From Raillietiella orientalis (lineage: Eukaryota): a stretch of DNA of 64,000 nt. Below, piece by piece: positions 1-12,165 of this stretch (position 1 is the stretch's first letter; each line of letters opens with the position of its first letter). The notes beneath the pieces were generated by a model, which worked only from the letters and a program-made list of their open reading frames with translations, made no database searches and was not told where the DNA came from. The DNA lies in NCBI GenBank assembly GCA_036172245.1, contig JAYWIR010000004.1:4030001-4094000 (forward strand). The letters are read 5' to 3'. Made by a program: the position numbers and the translations under genes.

Positions 1-1233
1 CAATGAGGACAGCAAGGCTGCCTCGCGACAACGAGGAAGACGATCGGAAAATTACGATCGCATCCCAAGGAGAGCAACCTGTGGCCAGTTGACGTGCTGA
101 GCGTCCGAAACTGGGAATTTTGTGGATAAACCCGCATAATTCTCACTGTCACACCCATCCACCAGCCGGTGAAATGAGCGCGCCGTACAAAAAAAAGATC
201 GGCTCACGCATCGTAAAGCAGTATTTCATTATAACTTGATAACAAACAGTGAGGTTTCCAATCTGAAACCGAAGGACAGTTTCTACGTTTCTCCCTCTGA
301 GGTGTGGTGCACAACTCTTGCTGCTGCCAGCTCTTCGATCGTCGCGAAGAATCAGACAAAGGGTTGAGCAGTTTTTTTTTTTTTAATGACCGAGGGGCAT
401 GGGTTTCTACGAATCATACGGCAGTGCGGGAAAGAAAGGGAAACCCCAGGAGGGGAACGGAGCTCCGGAGGTTCTCAAGTGACACCCAGGACAACCACCG
501 TATCCCCAAGTGTTTTGCCAGCAGCGCGCCGGATATCATTCCGGCACCGGATCCAGTTTTTCAAATCACGATGCATCACGCAGAATTCGGTACTCGTCGA
601 TGGTGGCGGCGAGCCGCCAGCATGTGCGCGCGAGTCTCCTCCGCTGATGAATTCGTTGCTGGGTGCAGTGCTGGAATTTTCCCTCCCCCCCCCCCCCTTT
701 CAAAAAACTGTGCGGCCGGGATCGATTCCGTATGCCTTTTGCTCTAGGTTCAGTTTGCTTATGAACTTCGAACCTCTATGCATATGTACGTGTTCATGGA
801 ATTCAATATTACTTTACTTTAAATGAGCTAAGGATAATATAGCAAAAGAGGTAGCGAGTACATATTGCACTTGTTTCCTAAAGAAATTGTGATGCAGTGT
901 TGTTGTTTTTTTTTTTTTTCCGCTTCTTCCACCGGAAAAAAAGTCTCATACTGCCGTAGAACGAATTCCTTGTTGACTTGTATCCTAATAAAATAACCCT
1001 TTCTGAAGCCTACCAGGGAAAAAATGCAAAAGTAAACAAAACCTACGTAGCAAAATAGTAAAGCAAACATCCATTTTTTATATGTTGGGTTTCCAAGATG
1101 ATATGCGTATCAAGGAATAATATTTTGCAGCCGATGATTTAATATGCAAAGTATATAAGACATTGAAATATAGTTGTAAATTTTCGTTCAAGGCCATAAC
1201 AATTTGACTATTACATATTTTTTTTAGGATAGA

Positions 1234-1765
1234 ATGACAGATGAACAAGAAATTAAAACATACAAATTAGAAGAGGTTGCAAAAAATAATAAAGAAGAAT
1301 CCTTATGGATTGTTATCCATGATGCTGTATATGATCTGACTAGTTTTCTTTGTGAGGTATGTCATGCTGCTTGAAATATATTTATTTGGGACATAGCATC
1401 CTGGAGGGGAAGCAGTACTGTTAGAAAATGCTGGAAAAATTGCAAGTGAAAATTTTGATGATGTTGGTCATTCTGCTGGAGCTAGAGAATTGATGAAGGA
1501 TTACAAAATTGGGGAATTAGTTGAAGTAAGTGATTTAACTTGATATCAGTGAGCATCTGTGAATGTTTAAAGGAGGAAAAGCAACATGCAGTACCAACAA
1601 CACAGTGGGATCTCAAATCAACTAAGGAAGGTTCTTCGTAAGTTAAGATAGCAAAACTGAGTTTTTTGTATAAATAGTTTCAGATGGTGGAAAGCATGGG
1701 TGTTGCCTTTAGCAATAGGAGTTGCTGTGTCCATCACAATACGTGCCTACTTTTTTAGCAGTTGA
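1234..1765 (+). CDS. Cyt-b5: Cytochrome b5, tail-anchored; 4 exons: 1234-1356, 1397-1525, 1573-1637, 1684-1765
   Basis: Spliced translation [19 protein letters not shown]...[30 protein letters not shown]...[20 protein letters not shown]... contains both heme-ligand motifs (HPGG, GHS) and a C-terminal TM segment [27 protein letters not shown] introns of 40, 47 and 46 nt preserve frame. Confidence 0.95.
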
Positions 1766-1830
1766 AAGCTTGAATTACCCTGATCCCAATCTGATAGAAA
1801 CACATTAATTGTGTACTTTTTTTTGGTAGT

Positions 1831-2710
1831 TCATAGACTGTTTTCTTGCTCACCACTGGGGTACTCAACCTTAATTTTAACAGATTTCGTATCAGGAATC
1901 TCATTGGTTTCTGGATCAGAAAAAACAACTTCCTCATCTTCTGGACCAAACACATCATCTGCTGGGCATTTTAAACATCTGCAAATGTATCATAAAACTA
2001 CACTTCCATGCTTATATAATCCACCTAGATTCACTGCTACCATAGTTGATACATGTGTGCCCAACACACTGACAGCAGCCATCATGAAACCAGCGATAAC
2101 CATTGGCTCCCATGGATAAGCAAGAAGCTCTACATTTACACCAAGACATGCACTGAGTCATGAAGGCTGCAGTGCAATTCAATGTTACCACATCTTGAGA
2201 GCTACTGGCATCTTGCTCTACATTACAACAGTACACACTTAAACACACACTGCTTCTCACCTTTTGATAATAGGTTTTTGTGCATACTAGTATGAAGCAA
2301 TTGTGAAGTGATATCAACAGGAAACGTCAATACAGTCCAACGGAGTTGAGGGTCAGGCACTTGTGTCAGAGCTGCAAATAATTCAGGAACAGGTTCTTGG
2401 AGGTCTTCCACTTGACTGGATCGGATGAGTGGTTTGTGAGTATTGTTGTCCTTTGGACAGAGATCTGAAAAAACTTAAGTGATCCAGATGAATATCACTT
2501 ACCTACACATGAGCAACACTCATCATACAGATAATCAAGACACTGGAAACAGTCTTGGCAACAGGTGCAGTTCTGCAGACTGCATTTACAAGATTGGGTG
2601 AGCATGCACTTGCTAACCACACTAGCACATACAGCCTCATTACAAGCATCACCTAGTCTCCAGCATCCAATCATTAAGTACATAAGCAGTACATGAATTG
2701 TCAAAGACAT
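1831..2710 (-). CDS. tsg: Twisted gastrulation / crossveinless family BMP modulator; exons 2710-2503, 2464-2261, 2217-2025, 1978-1831 (alternative in-frame ATG at 2740)
   Basis: Signal peptide, then CNEAVCASVVSKCMLTQSCKC...CCSCVDLCP, and C-terminal domain NCTAAFMTQCMSW.KCRASCLSMGANGYRWFHDGCCQCVGHTCINYGSSESRCLKCP, typical of Tsg. Introns of 38, 43 and 46 nt with consistent phases. Confidence 0.93.
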
Positions 2711-2820
2711 ACCAAGTAACCTGACACATACAGTCAGCATAGAACCATGTAAGAATGATGTAATCACCCACAGTTCACATAACTTACTTCCCCACCACGC
2801 ACAGACACATACACAGATGC

Positions 2821-2821
<1 letters not shown>

Positions 2822-2856
<35 letters not shown>
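2822..2856. repeat. A35 homopolymer separating the tsg 5' region from its decayed duplicate
   Basis: Directly visible run of A. Confidence 0.9.
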
Positions 2857-2859
<3 letters not shown>

Positions 2860-2864
2860 CAAAT

Positions 2865-3095
2865 AACATGTACAAGACTGGGTAAATACACTTGCTAACC
2901 ACATGAGCATGTTCAGTCTTATTACAAGCATCACATAGACTCCCAACACCCAGACACCAGTTACATAAGCAATACTACATTGTCAAGGATGTAACAAGAA
3001 ACCTGAAGCATGTATTCAGCATAGAAACATGTAACAATTATGTAATAAACCCACACAAAATTCAATTCAATTAGATCACAAAATTCACTTCTCCC
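2865..3095 (-). pseudogene. Decayed tandem duplicate of the tsg 5' region (putative 5'UTR intron, signal peptide and start of the Cys-rich domain)
   Basis: Aligns by eye with ~2580-2795 (e.g. cacttgctaaccaca, attacaagcatcac, cagcatagaa.catgtaa in both). Translates to DACNKTEHAHVVSKC..TQSCTC with a stop and frameshifts; the ATG equivalent to 2710 is ACA. Confidence 0.75.
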
Positions 3096-3162
3096 TTGCC
3101 CCAATAACCAAAACAAAGCTACAGTTCAAACATTGTGCAGAAATAGTGTCAAAGTTTGCACA

Positions 3163-6100
3163 TCACTGCTCAGTTTCCACATCATTTGGTTGTAGTGACA
3201 GGGCTAACTGAATATCAGTCAGTGCATCTTCATCTTGGTTCAATTCTAAGTATGCTTTAGCTCTGCATGTTAAGCACTTGACCCGGAAAGCCACCTTGTC
3301 AGCTGGCATTTCATCCAGTGCCTGAAAAATAATACTTTAATAGTTCATCCAGTACATTTGATAACCTACTTTTGTAGCTAGATTTTTAGCTTCAAGAGGT
3401 TTTCCTAACTCCAGGAGACAGCATGCATGATAGGTCTCAGTCACAGGATCATTTGGACACAGTTCACTGGCTCTTTCAAAAATCGGCAGTGCCTCAATAT
3501 AATTTTCTCGCTCAAAACAAAGTCTAAAATTCAATGAGACATACATTTACTGTAATTCATTCTTACTTGGCAACCTTGCTGAGAAACTTCCAAGCTTCTC
3601 CCTCGGTAACTTCTTTCTCTGAAACTTCTTGCTCTGAAGCTTCATCCTTTGAAACTTTTTCCTCTGGAACTTCTTTCCCTGAAACTTTTTCCTCTAAAAC
3701 TTCATCCCTTGAAACTTTTTCCTCTGGAACTTCTTTCCCTGAAACTTTTTCCTCTAAAACTTCATCCCTTGAAACTTTTTCCTCTAAAACTTCATCCCTT
3801 GAAACTTTTTCCTCGGGAACTTCTTTCTCTGGAACTGGAATACAGCTTTTTTCAACCTGAGTTTCTTTCTCAATTAAAGATTCCCGAGCTGCAGTAGGGA
3901 ATGAACGAGGAGTAAACTGTACAGGGACATGCACATTGTCCAGTCCTAGGTTCCGTATTTCAGGTAGCCGAATTGTATCTTCTGCAGCTATTGGTTTGAA
4001 AAGTTGATTTAACTTTCCTTCTTTCACTGATTGTGTAGTTTCATTCTCTCGGCTTTTTTCATTATGAAATAAACTTGCAAGTGTCTTCTGACGACTCTCT
4101 TCACGAGCTTCATTTATGCGATGACGCTGATGCTCATCTTTTTCAATATGTTTCCTAATAACCATTTGTTCATTATGATGCCGAAGCACTGAAATTGAAC
4201 AGAACTGATGATGCTTCATGAAGAAACTTCATGCTGGAGTTTGTGCTTAAAGTGGATGTGATTTCATTTCTCTGATAATGAGAAGCAATTTATTACTTAA
4301 TCTTCTATCACAAACTTTCCACATTGTTCTGATGTGCAAACTCAATCTTGATTCAGTTATTACTTTAAATTATGAAAGTGTACACATTGAATTCTAGTCT
4401 GCAAATGATAAATGAGCATGATCTTAAATTGGAATTCGATTAACATACCCCTTGAAAAAAAAAAAAAAATTTGTAACAAATTCCATACAATATTTAAAGT
4501 TTATTTAATTAATGGACTATAACTACTTAAAGAGCTTATAAAATTAAAGACAGAAAGATTAATACAATCACAATTGAAGGCCATTAATGCAATCTAGTTT
4601 ACTCTGTACTTCACTAGTGTCTTTTTTGTATTTACTTTAAATTATTATCTCAAGCACTGTCAATCAGAAATGGAACTAAAGTACTAACTGAAATATCGCA
4701 GATACTGCTTTTGTAAAATCATAAGTAATAATGCAGCAATGTGAAAACCTAAAATATCTGAAAACAGATGGAATTATGATTCAATTATTTAAAGAACTTT
4801 GTCTTTTCATTCTCAGTTTTGATCATTGTTTGAAACACATTTTCAAGTTGTAAAATGTGAAGTAAAAGAAGCATCAAATTATCCAAAATAAACCACCTGT
4901 TAAAACTAACAACCCATATAGAGACTTATTAATTAATCTACACAAGAAGGTGTTTACAGAATTGCTTAATTCTTATACAGCTTGCCAAATAATTTGTACA
5001 TAAAAAGTTATCTATGCATTTTTGCAACTAATAACTCATTTTGATGAACTAAGCTTCAATGGAAAATTTGATGACAAAAATATTCATTCCAACATATGCT
5101 GCTAACATTTGATCAATAACAAAATTTGTAAGGGAACTACTCATGGAAATTTTCAGGTGCATATTTAGAAAAAAGAATAGACCTGAAACTGAGAAAAGAT
5201 GAAACGAAATCACTTTTATGGAAAACTGATAGAATTAAAACTCGAAAAATACACATGAAGTATTGCATCTTCACATGAGAATACAATTAACATATGAAAG
5301 AACTAGAAGTGTAATTATGACCAATTGTTGATGAAAGAAACCAAGTTTCAAGGTAATTGTTCAAGCACATCAATATGTATTTGCAGGAATTCCTGAATCT
5401 AACAGAAATTACTGGAAAACAGCATGAACTCTATTTGAGACTGCTGCTTACAGTTTCCTCAATATTAATAAAGAAGTACTTCAGGAAACAGATTTTCATT
5501 TCAACTATTCCTCCAAATGAATCTGAGACAAGTGATGAATCTCAGATTGTCCCTGATGTCTACACGATGCATCTTTTCATTCTCATGAGAACAAAACGCT
5601 GCACATTATCTACTGCTTTAAGTATTAAGAGTCATTGTATTTTTCTGAATGTTAGCTGGTTTCCAGGGTAATGTTTTGTTAATTTAAACTCTCCAATCTC
5701 TACTGCAATACATCATTAAAAAGAAGTAGGCACAATTCCTATAGTAACTTGAAAATCTCATGACAATTTTCTGTGCATATTAATGAACCATGCATAAAAG
5801 TAACTTTATATTTGAATCTATTAGGCAATCAGCTGTAATAAATACCTTGTAATGGCATGTATGACTTTAATGTTAACTCAAACCTTTAAAACTCATTGCC
5901 TGAAACGTTCTTGAAAGATGGCTAATTAATAATTTTGCTTACCTTTGTGATTCTCATCTGAGGCCAAGCAAGAATTCTGATAGTCGATATAGGCTTTTTC
6001 TCGCCAGCTTACAGAATCCTCTTTAGTTAGGACCTCTGTAGCTGTCATCCAGCACACATTTGCTTTTACTTTTACAAGTTTCACTTTGAGTGAGTTCTCA

Positions 6101-6926
6101 CAGCATACAAGTGAACTTTCGGAGGGTACAATTTCATGTGGAAGAAATGCTTCAAAAAGAAATGGGCTTTGTGATATCTAAAATACAATACACCATCGCA
6201 AATCTGTTTTCAACAAACATGGAAAGAAAAACAACTTTACATGGTACTCGGGAAGAAGACAAAGCCTTCTAAAATTTCATTTATTATGACATGTTTGAAT
6301 TAAAATTGGTGCCAACACACAGAAGTAACTGATCTTTGGGGGCTTTCATAAGTAAATAAATGAAACCGTGAAAATTTGTAACAGCAATCGCAATCTGAAA
6401 ATTACTAATACATCAATATTCAAGGATTTTTGTAATGCTTTTTTCATACCGTCCCAAATTACGCTTCCACACACGCAAAAAATTCGTAAACTAAAAGATA
6501 TTGTTTTAGATGTGACGAATTCCTAACAGTACCTTTGCTTGCGAAAACATGAATTACACAACATAAACAGCAAATTTATGTCAGTTCTGTAAAATTACTA
6601 CCAAATGAAACCGAACAAGTCGGTAATTATCATACACTAAGTTGTACTATCATGTGGAGGTCAACGAAATGATGCAAACGTTTTGTGGGGCAAATGATGT
6701 TTACGTTTTGGGGCACCTAAGTTTACGCACACATTATTTACCAAAACAGTGATTGATTTGAACAGCCCAGACAAAATGCGGACTTTTTGTTTACAGCACT
6801 CACTTTCAGATAATCAGACGTCAAAAGAACTTCTATATCCTTTTTATTCACTTGAGGGAAATCGATGTCTATATAGAAAACAGTAGGGGATTGTGACCAG
6901 GTGAAATCTTTGAGTAATATGACCAT
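3163..6926 (-). CDS. DNAAF4: Dynein axonemal assembly factor 4 (DYX1C1); exons 6926-6804, 6177-5943, 4188-3567, 3523-3370, 3321-3163
   Basis: N-terminal CS/p23 domain (KDFTWSQS...TSDYLK|ISQSPFLFEAFL), conserved FTPRSFPTAARES motif and three C-terminal TPR-like repeats. All junctions are GT-AG and in phase. Confidence 0.9.
3606..3835 (-). repeat. Coding minisatellite (15-bp unit, ~15 copies, 30/60-bp higher-order structure) within DNAAF4 exon 3
   Basis: Units gaaactttttcctct / aaaacttcatccctt / ggaacttctttccct on the + strand encode EEKVS / RDEVL / GKEVP-type pentapeptides. Confidence 0.9.
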
Positions 6927-7207
6927 TGTATCGATGCTTGTACAAAATCATAAAAGGGAAAATCAATACTTTCACTAACTCTCGGCATCAGATTAACAGC
7001 CGAAGTTGTTACACATTTTGCAAAGCGAAAACTTTGAGGCCAAACAAGTTTTACCAGCAAAATCATGTAACTCAACTTATAACTGGCATCATCCATCAAA
7101 GTGAAGAATTGCTTTACGCCATTCATCACATTCCAAAGGACATGGAAAATCGTTTTACTTCTTTTTAGATAACAAAGGACATCAAGGGGGACTACATGGG
7201 CTTTTTT

Positions 7208-7330
7208 TTTTCATAACAAAGTCTTCGAAGGACTAACGGAATATTCCAGTTGTCAATCGTAACTTACTTTTCGTTATAAAGTACAGTTCAGAGCTATAAT
7301 CCATAAGTCCTTCGAAACTTTGCTATGAAA
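7208..7330. repeat. Imperfect inverted repeat (~35-bp arms) upstream of DNAAF4
   Basis: tttcataacaaagtcttcgaaggactaacggaatat versus the reverse complement of the right arm, tttcatagcaaagtttcgaaggacttatggattat. Confidence 0.65.
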
Positions 7331-9791
7331 GAAGAGAACACAAATTTGTATTCATATGGCTCAGAAAATCTATCTACAGTCAAACTTTATTGGGGATGAA
7401 CTGTACACACAACGCTCACTCCCGACAAAGTTTCACTATGTAAAATTCTATACTCTGTGGATGGTTTCTTTTTTCTCAACCCTTGTGCATTTCTCCTCAC
7501 GGACATATTTCAAGGACTCGTATTTTTCTGTTATTCTGAGGAGAAGCAGATACAACTAACATATGTCTAAATCTAGGGTGGAGAAACCTGGAACAAAGAA
7601 ATTCGTTTTGTTTTCTCATTATGCGATGATCTAATACACCAATAGCTGAATATTTAGGATAAATTATACATAACAATGAAGAATTTTTTATTCATATAAG
7701 AAAGTAATGTATTTGGATTCATTTTGCCGATGTAGTCCCCAAGATAAAATGAATGAAGAGCTTCAAATTTTGCATGTTTCCTTCAAAAGAGGGAGAGATT
7801 TTATCTCAAAATAAGTAAATAGCAGTGTAGGCAAAAAAAGCTCGTTATAAAAGATGTACAAGCACCAAAGATTTTAAAACTTTATTTGTTATTTCTCTTA
7901 CTCTGGTTCTTCCGTTTATTAGGTATATTTCATGCATTGAACATTTCCGTTTTTCTTAGGTATTTAATGTATGTATTATTTGTTCCATGCCACACATTCA
8001 TCCAAAAACTTATACAGTAGTACGCATTTTTGCTTGTTCCCATTAGATAAGAGGATACTTCAATGTTCAATTTTTTTTTTTAAAAAAGGAAACAAGAAGT
8101 TGATCATCTACCATGTCACAAAGTAGCAATATTTCTCAAGGAACATTGTTATGAGTCATTTTAACCAAATCATCATCATTATTATTGGTATTGTCTTTTC
8201 ATGCTGTACTACTGTACAGAAAAGTAAAGTAGTACAGCACGATACTGTACAGAGCTTGTTACAAAATCTCAACTGCATCGATTTTCATGAAAGAATGCCA
8301 GTTGCTCCTAAATGAAATGTGATATCACGAACGCCATTATCATTCGATTGAATCTTTCTATTGTGTCTTGGGTCTGCAGATACAACTAGAGCCTTATAAG
8401 TTTCTTGATGAGATCTTTGTCAAAATCAACGAGTATTACAATTTAGAGAATAATCAAGTAGAACTCTGTGCTCTTCACATTCCAAAATTTCTCTATTCTC
8501 TTGCAATTTAGAATCCGTTATTAAATAACCTTTCAAAATTTCCGTTTTCATTCAAAGAAGCAATATATTTTTAATAGCATCTATAGTTGGCATGAAAAAT
8601 AGATAGCGAAGATGTAAATACATCTGTTTAGATTGGTTATGCATTCTAGAGTTCTACAGTATTCGTTTTGCTTTCCCTTCACTACTTTAATGAGAATCGT
8701 CACTGACTGCTAATCATTCTTAAGTTAGATTCCTAATTCTATGCTTAAATGAAGGTCTAAATAGTTTACAAACTTGAATATCAAGATTTTCCATCGAAAC
8801 ATTCTGCTTCTCTTCAGCGGTTTGTTGTAACTTCTGGACGGAATTTCTTTGCTTGCTTATTTTCCATTTTTTTGCGCTTATCAGAGATACCTAATTGACA
8901 AACAAGCTGCACAGAGATGGGTTTCTTTTTCCTTAAGTTTTTTTCTTTTATAGAATCCTGGCAGCATCCTAATTCTAAAGAACTCGGACTTGGCTGTAGC
9001 TACGACCTCTCAAATTTAGAGTTCCTCCTTCTCTAAGTGTAGGATGAGGTTTTGAAAACTTAGTTTTTCTTAAGGATACTTAGGAATGCTTTTGTTGGAG
9101 TTTGCAGCAGTGAAAGAGAGATAATCAAAGTCCATTTAAAAGAGCAGAAAGAAGGCTGAAATATGCAGGGTGGATTTCCGTGTCAACCTTGAAAACATAC
9201 CTGCGGAACGAATACGATTCAGAATCCTTTTTCCAAAACACAAAACGTGCAAGCTTTTCTCTTTCATTAGTTTGCAACAATTAAACCCTTAGCAGATACA
9301 TCTTCAGGAATTTAGAATTCTAAAATTCCAGATGTCATAAAAGAAATGACGTTCTCAAACATATGAGTACCTGCCATTTCTATCTAAATGAAGCAGTCTC
9401 ATGCTGACAACTTTCACTATTGATTAATAGCTTCGAGAATTGATGCTTTTATCTAATGTGAATTTTCATTGAATAATCCCTCGCTACCTTTGGGGCTAGA
9501 GAAGGAACACAATTCACCTATTTAGGATTTGTTTAGGAAGAAGTTTCACTTTTTGATCTTTCCATACAACAATTCACTGAGCATAAATCTCATGTAAACA
9601 CTCAGAACCTATCCAAAGTTTATACTTGTAGAATCTTTTGGAGCTTGATAATTACTCTATGATTCCTTATTAGATCATCTGTTGAAAAATTACTGTGAAA
9701 AAAAAATGAATCATGAACTGAAACTGTCATTAATGCCATAAACTTCTAGAGATTATGAACCAGTGGATGATTAGGTTTTAGTTTGGCTTTG

Positions 9792-10148
9792 TGAGAGCTT
9801 AAACCAAAGAAGTTTTCTTTGATCATGCGTGTTCCTAATATTGGATTATACCTACTTATGAACTTGCGAATAATGTGCAAAAATCCTGAAGGCACTCATC
9901 TACTTGTTCATGTTTAGCTATCCTAAATAATGAATTACTACAGATGTAATAATGGTATCTAATGTGTTTATTCATGCAGAAAATGCGCACATTAATCATT
10001 TTACAGTCCTGTATGATGACAGAATGTTTGATCACTAATTAATAATTATCGAACAAGTGTTACTGTAAAAGTTTAAGAGGGTCATAATGAATAATGCACA
10101 TCGATTTATAATTGCTCGTTTTTTGACTGAAGCTTTTTCCTAGGAAAA
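9792..10148 (+). repeat. Left arm of long inverted repeat (partner 13346-13650)
   Basis: 9818-10061 is the reverse complement of 13381-13624 with 2 mismatches. Weaker similarity extends on both sides, with a ~50-bp indel at 10062-10111. Confidence 0.93.
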
Positions 10149-11154
10149 TTCGTTTCAAACTTTGTAAGCCTTCTTTTCGAGATACAGCTGTCGCCCTTCG
10201 CAGCTTCTGAGTGAACTTCAAAATCACAAACTCTCTTTCAAAGATGATAAATCCCTCAAAGATAATAGGTGTTAGGCTCGTTTTCAGGGTGCATGACAGA
10301 ATTATTCAGAACGACATTGAAATATGAGAATTCCGGGAATTCTCTTTAAACTGCGAGTATTTTTTTTCTTCAATCTGTGTTAAAACTAATGTTTTCATGT
10401 TCGTCTCCGATAATTCTTTTGCTACACTTTGTTTTTCATCAAGAGCACTTTCCTTCGATTCCAGAGATTCCATGACTGCTTTCACAACTAATAGCAAATT
10501 TCTGATGTACTTTATGGATAGAATTTTTATCAGTAATACCTATTCTTCAGAACATCCGATCTCATAAAGTTGAAATGCAATTCACTGTCATCGGTTGCAA
10601 CTTATTAGGAGTAATATTGTTCTATTCATATTGTACTCTACCTTATTATCTTTTTAAACGATCAGATGCTTCGCTCCTGTTCATTAATCAGAATTATTTC
10701 TTCTTGGAATCATCCTTTTCAATTTCAGCACCTAGCACAGGATTCGAGTATATAACGGATGTCTAATTTAACTTTTCTTGAGACCATAATAAAATTCCCA
10801 TATTCTTACGATAGATATTTCTTATTCATCATTGGTTGTGTGGTCTTTGGTTATTCACTAAGAGATTTGACTTATACTGATTTTATGAGTGTTCATTTCA
10901 ATGTTCTGTTAATGTCACTTTTTGACTTTGGAAAACCTCAGTCTTTCATAACTCCTAATGAATTTGTTTCTATAGCCGAAGACCTTTTAAATATTTTATC
11001 ATCAATGAAAGTTTCTTACTAGAATCCCAAATAATTCACATGCATTGGAAATATTCACGCGATCATGAGGAGTTTCTCATTTTTCTTAGTATCCTGAAAC
11101 TAAAAAAAATATTTCTGTGGCTGTCCGTAATTTGAAGTTCCTAGTGTCTTGCCA

Positions 11155-11520
11155 TTATATATCGTCTAGAAGAAAACAAACATTTTACTATTTGTGCATA
11201 TCTTAAATTAGTTTTTTTTAATTACCAGAGACATTGAACCCAAAATAACCACTATATTTAGAACCATTTCTGTACACATGGTAGATATCAGAAAGGTAAT
11301 TTCCGTGAAAGTGTACGAGGTTAGAGTCATTTATTGAAAAATTGTAATGGGGAAAGCATGTATTTATTCCCCATAACGAAATCAAAATGGAGAACCCCGT
11401 GAAGGTGAAGATTCTTGCTCTACTGGGAACAAAGATTTTGAAATTATGTGGTTTGAGGTGGTGAGTTGCGCACAATAAAACACGGCCAACTCACCATAGT
11501 GTACCACTGGAACATTTCAT
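11155..11520 (-). CDS. Candidate small secreted glycoprotein or 5' end of a decayed gene; exons 11520-11495, 11422-11226, 11165-11155
   Basis: Manual splice model gives MKCSSGTLCRARIFTFTGFSILISLWGINTCFPHYNFSINDSN...RNGSKYSGYFGFNVSDDI*, with a hydrophobic leader and four N-x-S sequons. No homology recognised. Confidence 0.35.
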
Positions 11521-11895
11521 CACTTTACGTGTACAGGGAAAGTTCACTTTTCCTGGACTCCATGTTGATGGTACAAATATAATCTGTGAAAGGTGAAAAT
11601 TGTGAAATTTACTTCCGATGTTTATGATGCTCTATAGCTCGGCTGATCTGCCAAGAGGTAAATCAATTTCAAGGTATATAAAAATCCCTTTGGACTTTGG
11701 AAAAAAAGAACCGATTATCAATTTGAAAAATTTTAATTCGGAGAAACGGAGTGAGCTCTCTTTCAGGGTTTGGTTTCGGATGAGTTATCACGCTAACATT
11801 TTTCAGAATTTTGATGCATAGGTTTCAGATAAGTTTCTATCAAGAGAAACTCTTGATGACTCTTGATGGAAATTGAGTCAATTAAAGTGGGCATC

Positions 11896-11998
11896 TTTAC
11901 AAAGCTTGACACTTGGATCTTAGCCAAAAGGCTCCATAGAGCAGGAGCTCGGGCTCCTGCTCTATGAGAGTATTTCTTTCGCCTTTTACAAAGCTTGA
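11896..11998 (-). pseudogene. 75-bp insertion (perfect hairpin plus 5' U2 snRNA fragment) between 14-bp direct repeats
   Basis: tttacaaagcttga at 11896-11909 and 11985-11998. Minus strand 11932-11909 reads GCCTTTTGGCTAAGATCCAAGTGT (U2: GCCTTTTGGCTAAGATCAAGTGT). 14-bp perfect stem with 4-nt loop at 11935-11966. Confidence 0.75.
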
Positions 11999-12165
11999 AG
12001 GTGGATAGGGCATTCAGATTCTAAATGAAAAATATATTTTGGCAGCTTCAAGTCACTATTAAGTACGTAGAATATGTTAACAGATTTAATCAACTTTAGT
12101 TTGATTCTTGCGTATCCAGTGTCAAATGTACTGTGATCTAATTGAATTTCTAGAATCCTTTAGAT

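Noticed and set aside
304..826. Two overlapping ~147-aa ORFs in GC-rich DNA
   Set aside because: They run through homopolymers and show no homology; more likely promoter or UTR sequence.
3534..3897. Plus-strand repetitive ORFs (ETFSS / LKLFP repeats)
   Set aside because: Antisense shadows of the DNAAF4 coding minisatellite.
6927..7200. RFX X-box expected upstream of a ciliary gene
   Set aside because: No convincing full consensus site found by eye.
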